DNA of 64,000 nt from an uncultured Gammaproteobacteria bacterium (GCA_964431555.1 CAYSJW010000015.1:41573-105572); one strand, 5' to 3'. Positions 48,937-58,537 are shown, counted from the stretch's first letter. The notes: generated by a model from the sequence alone, not told the origin. Numbers and translations: made by a program.

Positions 48937-50778
48937 ATGAATGATCCTGCCCAAGATGATAAATTTAAAAACCTAGTAGATGATATCTTAAAAACCTCAG
49001 ATACACCCTCGGAAGTTGACCATCAATCTACAAATCCTAAATCTTCCTATCCGGATAATCGACCAATTTCAGTGCGAGAACCAACCCCACAAGAAAAAAT
49101 CACCATTTCAGAACCAAATACCTATCAAACCCTAGAAAAAAATCAAAATTTGGAAAACGAACCGCTGGAATCAACTGAAAGTGAAGAAAACTTTTCCCCC
49201 AAAATTTATGAGACTTCTCAAGAGGAAACAGATCATATCCACCAAACTAATTTAGATAATCTCACAAACCAAGCTTTAAAAGAATTAGCTTCAGATCATT
49301 TTCAAGAAACAAATATAAATTCTATTTCTTCACTCGATCAGCCCAAAGAAGACCAAACCATCGAAAATACGAAAAAACCAAAAAAACCAATTTTACTAAC
49401 TTTGGTTCTTCTTTCTCTCTTTAGCGTTATAATCTTAAGTCTTAGCGGATTATTCTACGCTATTGCCTACGAAAAAATTAAACTGGAAAAATACCCCGAT
49501 TTCCAAAAAAAGGTTTCTCTTTTTGTCATGAATATTTCTTTCATGCCAAAAACTCCTAGGTTTATTTTGGAAAAAAGCGCTATTGCCCACCAAAAGGTTA
49601 CCAAACAATCCTTTGATGTTTCAGTAGCCGTTGATTCTTCAAATCTTTCAAACTACTTTGGATTTGCAGATCTAGACTTCCAATTCAAGGGAGACCTTGA
49701 TTACACCAATCCTAAAAATATTTTTGGCAATCTAGAAATTTTTTTCACCAAAGACTTTAACATCGAACTCAGAAAAAAAGACAAAATGCTATATTTCAAA
49801 ATCAAAAAGTTACCCACAACGCTTTTTGCTTTTCTAGGACTAGATTCCAAAAGTTTTGATCCCATCATCGATAAATGGGTTTTTATAGATACTACACCTC
49901 TCGATACCGAAGCTAGGAAAAGCCTAGAAAAAGACACAGAAATGAGCCCTCTAAGTGAAAAGTTTCTAGATGAAAACTTTGATAAATATTTTGACGATGT
50001 AATTTTATCCAAGATAAAACTAACCTCCTCAAAAGATGAAGAACTCGATGTCTATAAAATTAGCTTGGAAGCTGATTCACAACTAATCGACTATTTGGGC
50101 AAAAAAATAGAAGATATGCAAAAACAAAAATACAACTATTCCTACCCCAAAAATTCAACCGCGAATATAGAAAAAATTTCAGACATAATTAAAAAATTTA
50201 ATTTAGAAATAGCCATAGACAAGGAAAAATATTTTACCCGAAAAATTGTTACCCAGATCGATATAGAGTATGATGAAAGCAAAAACACAAATTTACTACC
50301 GATCGAAAATTTTCTAGGCCCGCTTTCCTCCTCAAACAATCAAGTATCCGTTGCTACAGTCATAAAATTCAGCAATTTTGGAGAAGAAGTAATTGTTGAG
50401 GAACCACAAGAAACTATGTCCTCTGAGGAATTTTCAAACCGGATTTCTCTTATATTCGGCAAAATAATAGGAGAGGGTTATCAAAAACAAATATCCCAAT
50501 CAAACGACGCAAAAAGAAAATCTGATCTTCAACAGCTAGAAAGTGCGCTGGAAATATACTTTCTTGTCAATCAAAAATATCCTTCCTCTCTATCCGATCT
50601 CAACCCCAATTACATCTTTATAATTCCCAAAGATCCCGATGGAAGTGATTATTATTACATCCAAACTAACGACGGAAATTCATACAACCTGTGCGCCAAA
50701 CTTGATAATCCTTTACTTTCTAATTCATCTTGCACTAATCCCTTTTACAACTATTCCATTACCCCAAACCGAGAATAA
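48937..50778 (+). CDS. Membrane-anchored protein with C-terminal GspG/pilin-like domain
   Basis: Disordered N-terminus, one TM, beta-rich body, NDAKRKSDLQQLESALEIYF...YPSSL...PKDP...YNLCAKL. Confidence 0.75.
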   Translation: MNDPAQDDKFKNLVDDILKTSDTPSEVDHQSTNPKSSYPDNRPISVREPTPQEKITISEPNTYQTLEKNQNLENEPLESTESEENFSPKIYETSQEETDHIHQTNLDNLTNQALKELASDHFQETNINSISSLDQPKEDQTIENTKKPKKPILLTLVLLSLFSVIILSLSGLFYAIAYEKIKLEKYPDFQKKVSLFVMNISFMPKTPRFILEKSAIAHQKVTKQSFDVSVAVDSSNLSNYFGFADLDFQFKGDLDYTNPKNIFGNLEIFFTKDFNIELRKKDKMLYFKIKKLPTTLFAFLGLDSKSFDPIIDKWVFIDTTPLDTEARKSLEKDTEMSPLSEKFLDENFDKYFDDVILSKIKLTSSKDEELDVYKISLEADSQLIDYLGKKIEDMQKQKYNYSYPKNSTANIEKISDIIKKFNLEIAIDKEKYFTRKIVTQIDIEYDESKNTNLLPIENFLGPLSSSNNQVSVATVIKFSNFGEEVIVEEPQETMSSEEFSNRISLIFGKIIGEGYQKQISQSNDAKRKSDLQQLESALEIYFLVNQKYPSSLSDLNPNYIFIIPKDPDGSDYYYIQTNDGNSYNLCAKLDNPLLSNSSCTNPFYNYSITPNRE

Positions 50779-50830
50779 CGTTTGATATATAATTGACTTT
50801 AGAATACAAGACATTTTAATATCGCTTCAT

Positions 50831-51676
50831 ATGGAAGATTTCCAAATCTTTTCCTCAGAAAATAAAAGCAAAAAGAGTACGAATTCCATTTTTAAATTTA
50901 TCCTTATAATTTTCATATTAATAATATCTCTACCTATTGCCTATCTCTCTTTTAATCTGGGAAAAAAATATTCCGAAAAATCTGAAAATTCACTAATTAG
51001 TACAGAGGCTTTCCCCACAATATATTACCCATCCCCCACTAATCAGGTTTTATCTTCACCATCAGCAACCTTGAAAAAAACAGAAGATACACCAACTCCT
51101 ACTCCTAAAAAGCAAATGACCCCCACAACAGCTCCCACAATTTTACTCAGTTTAAAAATACTTCCCTCCATTTCAGAACTTGACGGCTTTAGATCCAGTA
51201 ATGGACTGGGTGATAACTTATCGGAAATACGCATTGGGAATGATACAAAATCAGTCAGTCGTGGATTTTTAAGTTTTGACATTACCGAAATTCCTCCAAA
51301 TGTTAACATCCAAAGTGCAGTTTTAAAACTATACCAAGGAAAAATCGTCGGCGACCCCTACCTGAAAGGCGGAAAACTACAGATTGATCACTTAACATAT
51401 GGTGACAGTTTGGATAAAACTGACTACAACATGCCCGCAATTCTATACAGTTTCACCAGTTTTAGTAAAACAAACAAAATCGGCTGGTGCGAGGTTGATG
51501 TTACAACAAAACTAAAAGACGACATTGCTAACGCTCGCTCAATGTCTCAATTTAGAATCCATTTTGAAAAAGAACTAAAAGAATCTTCCGAAAATTACGC
51601 GCTCTTTGAATCACAGAATAATTCGATGCAAACAGGCAATACTCCACAATTAATAGTCAAATATTTCCAGTATTAA
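50831..51676 (+). CDS. Membrane-anchored DNRLRE-type beta-sandwich protein
   Basis: TM, PT linker, SRGFLSFDI..IP..NIQSAVLKLY, WCEVDVT, PQLIVKY. Confidence 0.75.
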   Translation: MEDFQIFSSENKSKKSTNSIFKFILIIFILIISLPIAYLSFNLGKKYSEKSENSLISTEAFPTIYYPSPTNQVLSSPSATLKKTEDTPTPTPKKQMTPTTAPTILLSLKILPSISELDGFRSSNGLGDNLSEIRIGNDTKSVSRGFLSFDITEIPPNVNIQSAVLKLYQGKIVGDPYLKGGKLQIDHLTYGDSLDKTDYNMPAILYSFTSFSKTNKIGWCEVDVTTKLKDDIANARSMSQFRIHFEKELKESSENYALFESQNNSMQTGNTPQLIVKYFQY

Positions 51677-51696
51677 ATTCCTAAAAATCATCTCGC

Positions 51697-52134
51697 TTAC
51701 TTTTTTTGCCATTCCCTATAAAGACTATTATTCTCCAAATTAAGAAAAAAATTTCCCAAAACAAGGTCTGCTGCATCCACTGCCAACTTATCTTCTGCAA
51801 TTCCTGTTTCTACAATTCTTTGAATCAATGTTAATCTTCTTAAATTTAATGCCAAATCGGAATCCTTAGAACCAGGGTTTAAAACATTAGATGTATCTTT
51901 ACATATATCTATTACCCTCTGAATACTATCCAATTTATCCGCTCTACTTCCATTATTGAAATTTTCTAGGAATTGATCTCTTACACGTAAACAATCATCT
52001 CTTGGAACACTACACAATAAACTATTTGTTGCTACTGCACACGCCAACAGAGGCCCTATCTCATTAATCTCAAGAACCTCTCTTTTCCTCTCTTCATGAT
52101 TTAGAGAAATTCCTCTTTTTCTGTCTTTATCCAT
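51697..52134 (-). CDS. Hypothetical protein
   Basis: 145-aa ORF. Confidence 0.6.
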   Translation of the reverse strand: MDKDRKRGISLNHEERKREVLEINEIGPLLACAVATNSLLCSVPRDDCLRVRDQFLENFNNGSRADKLDSIQRVIDICKDTSNVLNPGSKDSDLALNLRRLTLIQRIVETGIAEDKLAVDAADLVLGNFFLNLENNSLYREWQKK

Positions 52135-52366
52135 AAAATTTATCAGAAAAAAACCTACAAAAACTAAATTAATTTCTGGAAGTAAGATAGTCTTTTACTT
52201 CAGAAGAATAATATTTATAATCTAAACCAAATAGTTTTATACAAGTATTTTATTTTAGCAGCTTTACAATTTTATTTCCACTTTAAGCTATTTAATTATC
52301 TTTCTCCTTCTGATAAAATATTTTTTAGGTGATTAATTTATGCAGATACTTTTTCAGAAAATTATA

Positions 52367-52380
52367 AGAAAGGAGGCGAT
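52367..52380 (+). promoter_or_regulatory. Extended Shine-Dalgarno of rpsU
   Basis: AGAAAGGAGGCGAT, 13/14 complementary to a typical 16S 3' tail AUCACCUCCUUUCU. Confidence 0.8.
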
Positions 52381-52385
52381 ATTTT

Positions 52386-52580
52386 ATGGTAGTTGTTGTC
52401 AAAAAAAAGGGAGAATCGGAAGACAGACTTATTGCCAGGTTCAAAAAAAAGGTTGTGGATTCTGGAATCCTGCAGGAAGTTCGTGACCGCCAAAGGTATA
52501 TTCCCCCGTCCGAAAAAAGAAAGGAACAAAAAAAGCGAATTAAGTTTTTGATCGAGCTTGAGAAAAAGCGCAATTATTAA
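52386..52580 (+). CDS. rpsU: 30S ribosomal protein bS21
   Basis: VVVKKKGESEDRLIARFKKKV..SGILQEVRDRQRYIPPSEKRK. Confidence 0.93.
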   Translation: MVVVVKKKGESEDRLIARFKKKVVDSGILQEVRDRQRYIPPSEKRKEQKKRIKFLIELEKKRNY

Positions 52581-53295
52581 AAAAAGTTTCCACAAACTTC
52601 TTTCTGTGATAAGGGGTCAAACCGTATTTTAATATTGCTTTTGTATGATCGCTTGTGCCATAGCCCTTGTTTTTTTCCCATCCATAAACACTATACTTTT
52701 CTGATAATGAAATCATCAATTTGTCCCTAAATACCTTGGCTATAATGCTTGCTGCAGCAATAGAAATGCTTTTTTCATCGCCGTTTTTGATGGCCATTTG
52801 TTTCCCGCAAAATCTGCAAAGTTTACCATTTAAAACTTTTTTATTTTTTAATCTTTCGTTTTTTCTAGGCATACATAATCCCCTAACATACGGTATATAA
52901 AATGCATCAATGAGTAAATAATCTATACATATGTTGTATCTTTTATATAAATCTTTAATAGCCCGACGAAAAGCCGAATTTGTCGCCTTGAGGATACCGT
53001 ACCTATTTATTTCTGAGACACTCCCCACCCCTAAACCATAAGCAAAAGAATTTTTTCTAATCCAAAGATTTGCTTTTTCTCTTTCCAAAGAAGTCAATTT
53101 TTTAGAATCATCAATTATCACCTTGCAACCGGATTCAATAATAGGAAGATTAATGACTTTATTTGGTGCGAAAGCACACACACTTGCAACAACCGGTCCT
53201 GCAAAGCAACCTCTTCCCACTTCATCACAACCGGCCACCACCTTAAAACCCTGATTCCAAAGTTTTTTTTCAAAATAGAAATTAGGTAAAATCAT
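52540..53295 (-). CDS. rnhB: Ribonuclease HII
   Basis: AGCDEVGRGCFAGPV, DSKKL, LIDA, SIAAASIIAKV.RD, NKGYGT..H; overlaps the rpsU 3' end by 41 nt. Confidence 0.97.
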   Translation of the reverse strand: MILPNFYFEKKLWNQGFKVVAGCDEVGRGCFAGPVVASVCAFAPNKVINLPIIESGCKVIIDDSKKLTSLEREKANLWIRKNSFAYGLGVGSVSEINRYGILKATNSAFRRAIKDLYKRYNICIDYLLIDAFYIPYVRGLCMPRKNERLKNKKVLNGKLCRFCGKQMAIKNGDEKSISIAAASIIAKVFRDKLMISLSEKYSVYGWEKNKGYGTSDHTKAILKYGLTPYHRKKFVETFFNNCAFSQARSKT

Positions 53296-53343
53296 ACAAT
53301 TATCTATCGCAAAATTTAAAAAATTCTGCTACAATTTCTATCT

Positions 53344-53529
53344 GTGAAGAATATAATCAATTACATAAGTTCTGTAAAGCTGGAGTTATCCAAGGTAATT
53401 TGGCCAAAAAGAAATGATGTTGTAAAATTAACCATCATTATATTTCTTATTTCCGGTATTGTAGCGTTATACCTGGGAATTCTAGATCTTTCATTTACAA
53501 AAATCTTTGAAGTTATATTAACAAGTTAA
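53344..53529 (+). CDS. secE: Preprotein translocase SecE
   Basis: ELSKVIWP plus TM; upstream of nusG. Confidence 0.93.
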   Translation: MKNIINYISSVKLELSKVIWPKRNDVVKLTIIIFLISGIVALYLGILDLSFTKIFEVILTS

Positions 53530-53535
53530 AATAAT

Positions 53536-54165
53536 ATGCCAAATGATGATCAAAACAATAAAGAAGAAATAGCCGTAAGAGAAAAAGGGACTGGCAATAA
53601 AAAAATACCCGGTCATATCGTAATCAACACCCAAGAGAACGATAAAGCATGCTGGTATGTTGTACACACCACATCCGGTCATGAAGTTAGGGTTGCCGAA
53701 ACTTTGCGACAAAGAGTTGAAACGATGGGTCTTACTGACAAAGTATTTGAACTTTTAGTTCCCACCCAAGACAGAGTAATCATAAGAAGCGGTAAAAAAG
53801 CAACCGTTAAGGAAAAGATTTTTCCGGGATACATGCTTATTAAAATGATCATGGATGACCCTACCTGGCTGGCTGTGAGAACAACTCCGGGTATAACAGG
53901 TTTTGTCGGAGCGGGAAAACAACCCACTCCCCTTTCGGAATTAGAGGTTCAAAATATTCAGAAATTCATTTCAACTCCCGCCAAAAGATTCAAAACTAGA
54001 TTCAGCAAAGGCGAAGCTGTTAAAATTACAGACGGACCATTTTCAGACTTTTTAGGAACAATCAATGAAATTGATGAAGAAAAGGGAAAGGTCAAGGTTT
54101 TGGTTTCAATTTTTGGAAGGGAAACTCCCGTTGAGCTTGATCTTCTCCAAATAGCCAAAGTTTAA
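53536..54165 (+). CDS. nusG: Transcription termination/antitermination factor NusG
   Basis: WYVVHTTSGHE, FPGY, TPGITGFVG, KOW GPFSDF.G, IFGRETPVEL. Confidence 0.98.
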   Translation: MPNDDQNNKEEIAVREKGTGNKKIPGHIVINTQENDKACWYVVHTTSGHEVRVAETLRQRVETMGLTDKVFELLVPTQDRVIIRSGKKATVKEKIFPGYMLIKMIMDDPTWLAVRTTPGITGFVGAGKQPTPLSELEVQNIQKFISTPAKRFKTRFSKGEAVKITDGPFSDFLGTINEIDEEKGKVKVLVSIFGRETPVELDLLQIAKV

Positions 54166-54222
54166 AACCATATAAAACGTCTTTGATATATAAATATAGG
54201 CAAAACTCTCGCTTACTCTAAG

Positions 54223-55164
54223 ATGGATGAAACAGGTGAAAACCCAAAAACCAACGAACCTCAAGAAAAATTAAGTAGAGATTACCAAAAATTCAAACAA
54301 CTTGTTGAAAGTTTTTTTACAAAAAATCCTGTTAAAAAGGAACCAGATTATGACTTATCTCCCCATCTTGAAAAATTAAGTGAGGAGGAAAATTCCTTAC
54401 TTCAAAGAATAGGACAAATGGACCCAAAAGAATTTCTTGAAATGTTTACCCAAGACCCCCCTTCGATAATGTTTAAAAATGATAAAGGAGAAATAACTCG
54501 ACTTAAGCCAAATTATATAATTACACCTCCCCCACCTTCTGATTTAGAACTTGCTCAAAGAAAAACCTTTATTCCTGAAAATCTCAACGAGGATGAAAAA
54601 ATCAATCTTGAATTAGCTTTATTAAATCTAGCAGCTTATCTAAAAACTCCAAAAGTTGAGGACGGTTTCGGAGAAAACCACGAAAATCAAAGAGTTCCTT
54701 ACAGAAATGGAATGAACATAATTTTTAAAATTATAGAAATAGTATGTTCTTCAAAATCAAATATTCTTAAGGCATACAACGACTTTTACACAAATAACTC
54801 ACTCACTACAAACAAACAAACGCTAGTTTATTCTTCTACAAACATACTTGTGACCCTCGCTTATCATAACAAAGAGCAATGGGCTAAAACGGTTTTAGAT
54901 GTATTAGAAATGGTAATAAATATTCAAGCTAACGAAAAGCAAATAAAAAATATAAAAGAACAAATAACTTTTCTTAATAAAATGCTTTCAACACTTAATC
55001 TTGATGAAACTACAATTAAAACACACCAAGAAAAAATAAAAGAATTAAGCGAAAAATTAAATGGTTTAGAAAAACCCCTATCAAATACAGAAAAAGAACC
55101 TATTTTCAGAGAGGCTGCAAGAAGAATATTACAAATCTTCACCTCTCCTGTCCTGACCAAGTAA
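54223..55164 (+). CDS. Hypothetical helical protein
   Basis: 313-aa ORF with C-terminal coiled coil. Confidence 0.7.
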   Translation: MDETGENPKTNEPQEKLSRDYQKFKQLVESFFTKNPVKKEPDYDLSPHLEKLSEEENSLLQRIGQMDPKEFLEMFTQDPPSIMFKNDKGEITRLKPNYIITPPPPSDLELAQRKTFIPENLNEDEKINLELALLNLAAYLKTPKVEDGFGENHENQRVPYRNGMNIIFKIIEIVCSSKSNILKAYNDFYTNNSLTTNKQTLVYSSTNILVTLAYHNKEQWAKTVLDVLEMVINIQANEKQIKNIKEQITFLNKMLSTLNLDETTIKTHQEKIKELSEKLNGLEKPLSNTEKEPIFREAARRILQIFTSPVLTK

Positions 55165-55165
55165 C

Positions 55166-55957
55166 AACCACTTCGGAAGTGGATTAGCTTGCCACATCGG
55201 GATATTATTCCAAAACCAAGTGCTTGATTTTATCAAGTTTCCTCTGATAATCAGCATTATTTAAAACAAATTTTCGATAATCATTCTTATTTCTAAAAAA
55301 AGAAAGAATCAACTCTTTTTGACAAATACCATTAATGTCAAAAATATACTCAGAATAAGATGACCAAGAATATTTCTCAATTTCAGATAAGTTCTTAATC
55401 AAAAAAGAACTGAAAGGATTAAGATGTATATAGCGTGATAGATGAATCAATTGCTCGTCGTTCTCTACTCTCACTGCTTTAAATTGTCCCTGAAAAAGAG
55501 CCCCAATTCTATTTTCTTTCTCATTAATATACCTAGAATATCCTATTTGAAAATTACGGATGAATTTGGCTATTCCATCTTCTTCTTTCTGCTTTAAAAG
55601 AAGGTGAAAATGGTTAGGCATTAGACAAAAGCAAATAATATCAACAACTCTCTGCATTTTTTTTAAACTCTCTTCATAATTTTTTCTTATCTCACCCGCA
55701 GATTTAATAAATTTAGAATAACGGATCGGGGCATCACCAACTTGATAAAAACTCAAAAGATTAATAGCACGTCTATAATCTCTCTTATCAAAAAAGATAT
55801 TACTTAAATTTACTCCACGGTTAAAAATATGATAAACCTGACCATTAACAAAAGGTATCTTTCTGACTGGCATCTTAATTTATTACAGTTAACAATTTAC
55901 AATTTAATTTTAAACCAAAATACCGATCTGTCAAGCTGAACCACTTCGGAAGTGGAT
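55166..55957 (-). mobile_element. RAYT-type element bounded by inverted REP-containing repeats
   Basis: CCACTTCGGAAGTGG palindromes at 55168-55182 and 55941-55955 with inverted CCGATnTGnCAAGCT feet facing the gene. Confidence 0.8.
55205..55873 (-). CDS. REP-associated tyrosine (HUH/Y1) transposase
   Basis: YHIFNRG, CLMPNHFH (HUH), LFQGQFK, YIHLNP, WSSY. Confidence 0.93.
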   Translation of the reverse strand: MPVRKIPFVNGQVYHIFNRGVNLSNIFFDKRDYRRAINLLSFYQVGDAPIRYSKFIKSAGEIRKNYEESLKKMQRVVDIICFCLMPNHFHLLLKQKEEDGIAKFIRNFQIGYSRYINEKENRIGALFQGQFKAVRVENDEQLIHLSRYIHLNPFSSFLIKNLSEIEKYSWSSYSEYIFDINGICQKELILSFFRNKNDYRKFVLNNADYQRKLDKIKHLVLE

Positions 55958-55973
55958 TAAAAGCTAACCTAAC

Positions 55974-57599
55974 TTATGTGGGATTCTTTTTAAAAACATT
56001 TTTCATCTCATTATAGCCGGGAACACTTAATGCCAAAACCCTGTTTCCAACTTTAAAAAGCGGAATATGACCAAACCAAGTCTGGCGATGCTCTCTTTCC
56101 CAAATAAGCCTATTTTTCAAAGAAGCATCAATCAAGGTATCGTTTAAAGTTGTTATATGATCCCATATACCCTCGTAGCAATTTTTCAAAGGTCCATCTA
56201 TAAATCTTTTCAGCAACTTATAAGCCTTTCTTGCCCTTTTTTGCTCCGGATTATTCGTCTTACCAAAACCCTCCCCCATATACTTTCCATCAAGATAAAA
56301 GTCCAAAGTAATATGTTCCCCTCCAGGCTTTAAAACCCTTGCGGATTCTTTTGCATAGCCTTCCACTATCTGAGGTCCATGCACTTTTCCTCCCATTGCC
56401 CCGACAACATAAGTGGAAAAAACTAAATCAAAACTTTCATCTGGAAAAGGCATCTTTGATGCATCAGCTTGAATCCAATTTATCTTTATACCAGCTTCTT
56501 CTAGTTTCCTTTTTACATCTGAAGGGAGACTTTCAAAATTCCTCTTTCCATTTTCAATCTGCTCTTTATTGTATTCAAGTACATCAATTTGTAAATTCCT
56601 TTTTCCTGAGTTTAAAAACTTCTCAGCAATCTTAAGAGAAGTCATAATCGGCCCATCCCCAACGGCCAATATTTTTGAACCACCGGAAATCTTCTCTGCA
56701 ATTTCAGCAGCAACTCCATCTCTTCCCACCGCGTCATTGGGATAATATTCCGTTTCTTTTGAATATTTTTCCTTAGAAATTAAAGCTAAGGGCAAACCAT
56801 CAATTTGCTTAAATTCCCCCTCCGAAAACTGAGGAATTGCTTGGGTATTCATCTGATGGAAAAAATCATAAACAGGCCCTATCACCTCGTAGAAATACTG
56901 CGAACCTGAAGATTTGTATTCAGGCTTTATCTCTCTGGAAAAAGCAAGCTTGGCAATTTCAAGCATCGCCTCGCTTTGATAATAAGGATAGTAAACACCC
57001 ATTCTTTCCATCAAACCTCCAACAAACTTTGATTTAGCCAAACTGGAAAGAGCACGAACTAAGGGATAATTTTTTTCCTCTGTGATTTTTTTCAGATGGG
57101 AAAAAAACTGATTATATTTAGGTCTTCCTAACTCATCTTTTACCACATTCCCTTTTTCGTCAATCTCATAGACAAACCATTCAGCGGCTTTTATTAAATC
57201 ATCAGGTTTCATCGGTTTCTGTCCCAAGAATTCTTTTGGAAAAACTATATCGGGTAAAGGAGCTTCTTTTTCCAAGTCCCCTTCTTTCCATTTGTAATTT
57301 CCCCTTTTTTTGACAACAACGCATTCTCTTCCCGCATAGACTTCAATCTGAATTACACCCCCGGAAGTTTCACCTAAACCAGCTTCCAGTTTACCTTCAT
57401 TAAGACTATCAGCCTCTTTACCATTAGATCTAATAGAATTGTCAGTATTTATTTCAACCAGCTCGTTTCCTTGTCTACCATTTACTTTTTCAGAAGAACC
57501 CTCTCTTACCAGCTTTTCACTTTCATTTCCCCCCTTAGCCACGTCGGGAATATTTTCAGGTTCTTCTGAAAAACCTTTTTCTATTTCATTACCTTCCAT
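55974..57599 (-). CDS. Class I SAM-dependent methyltransferase with long N-terminal extension
   Basis: KILAVGDGP, DVLE, QADASKMPFPDESFDLVF, RVLKPGG in the C-terminal half. Confidence 0.82.
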   Translation of the reverse strand: MEGNEIEKGFSEEPENIPDVAKGGNESEKLVREGSSEKVNGRQGNELVEINTDNSIRSNGKEADSLNEGKLEAGLGETSGGVIQIEVYAGRECVVVKKRGNYKWKEGDLEKEAPLPDIVFPKEFLGQKPMKPDDLIKAAEWFVYEIDEKGNVVKDELGRPKYNQFFSHLKKITEEKNYPLVRALSSLAKSKFVGGLMERMGVYYPYYQSEAMLEIAKLAFSREIKPEYKSSGSQYFYEVIGPVYDFFHQMNTQAIPQFSEGEFKQIDGLPLALISKEKYSKETEYYPNDAVGRDGVAAEIAEKISGGSKILAVGDGPIMTSLKIAEKFLNSGKRNLQIDVLEYNKEQIENGKRNFESLPSDVKRKLEEAGIKINWIQADASKMPFPDESFDLVFSTYVVGAMGGKVHGPQIVEGYAKESARVLKPGGEHITLDFYLDGKYMGEGFGKTNNPEQKRARKAYKLLKRFIDGPLKNCYEGIWDHITTLNDTLIDASLKNRLIWEREHRQTWFGHIPLFKVGNRVLALSVPGYNEMKNVFKKNPT

Positions 57600-57610
57600 A
57601 TTTAAAATCA

Positions 57611-57934
57611 CTAAGTTTTTTTATCAAGCTTGTCTAAAATAAAATTATATCTCCGAATCTCCAAAATTAAAGAAGCTTTCTCAAAATCATCTTTCATCTC
57701 TTCCTCCAAACTCCATCCCCCTCCCCTTTTTTGCCAGATGCCGTAAGCAACTTTCTTTATCCTTTCATCCATTTCCAAACCAAAAATACTTCCACCCCCC
57801 AAAATCCTATTTTCTAAAAATTGCAAAGTATCTGGGTCAACAGAATTTCTTAATCTTCCTTTTCTTTCCTCTAAAATTTCTCTTAACCTTTCTTTACCTA
57901 TCAATGATATTACCCCCTCTTTACATATTAACAT
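57611..57934 (-). CDS. DUF2934-like small protein
   Basis: ERIKKVAYGIWQKRG...DDFEKA. Confidence 0.6.
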   Translation of the reverse strand: MLICKEGVISLIGKERLREILEERKGRLRNSVDPDTLQFLENRILGGGSIFGLEMDERIKKVAYGIWQKRGGGWSLEEEMKDDFEKASLILEIRRYNFILDKLDKKT

Positions 57935-58054
57935 GAATCTAATAAAATAAGCTCACCTCGTTTTAAAAGGCGAGGGAGATTAGCCAAAGAAAGCTGGTCG
58001 GATAATATCCTCCTGACAAAAATCTTGGCTTACTAAACAAATTCAAAACTTTTT

Positions 58055-58480
58055 ATGGCAAAAAAAGTAAAAACAATTATCAAAGTCAATTTACCGGCAG
58101 GTGCGGCAACTCCCGCTCCTCCTTTGGGTCCAGCTTTGGGTCAGCACGGAGTGGCTATCATGGATTTTGTCAAGCAATATAACGACAAAACCGCTTCAAT
58201 GAAGGGTCAAATCGTACCCGCCATAATAACCATTTACGAGGATAGAACCTTTGATTTTGAATTAAGGAAAGCACCAGTTGCCGAAATGATCAAAAAGGAA
58301 TTGGGACTGGAGAAAGGATCTGGATCCACAGGAAGAGAAACTATAGCGACCTTAAGCAAAGAACAAGTTGAAAAAATTGCCAAGGAAAAAATGGACGATT
58401 TTAATACAGATGACCTTGAATCGGCAAAGAGAATAGTTACGGGTACTGCCAAGAGTATGGGGGTGAAAGTTGAAAGCTGA
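58055..58480 (+). CDS. rplK: 50S ribosomal protein uL11
   Basis: AGAATPAPPLGPALGQHG, GTAKSMG. Confidence 0.98.
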   Translation: MAKKVKTIIKVNLPAGAATPAPPLGPALGQHGVAIMDFVKQYNDKTASMKGQIVPAIITIYEDRTFDFELRKAPVAEMIKKELGLEKGSGSTGRETIATLSKEQVEKIAKEKMDDFNTDDLESAKRIVTGTAKSMGVKVES

Positions 58481-58482
58481 AA

Positions 58483-58537
58483 TAGTTGTTAGTGGTTAGT
58501 GGTTAGTTGTTATTTGTTAGTTGTTAGTTGTTAGTGT
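58483..58537. repeat. Heptamer tandem repeat (TAGTKGT) x ~8
   Basis: TAGTTGT TAGTGGT TAGTGGT TAGTTGT TATTTGT TAGTTGT TAGTTGT TAGTGT. Confidence 0.9.

Noticed and set aside
52174-52205. Imperfect hairpin upstream of the 51697-52134 gene
   Set aside because: No adjacent U-tract, second copy or alternative structure to support a function.
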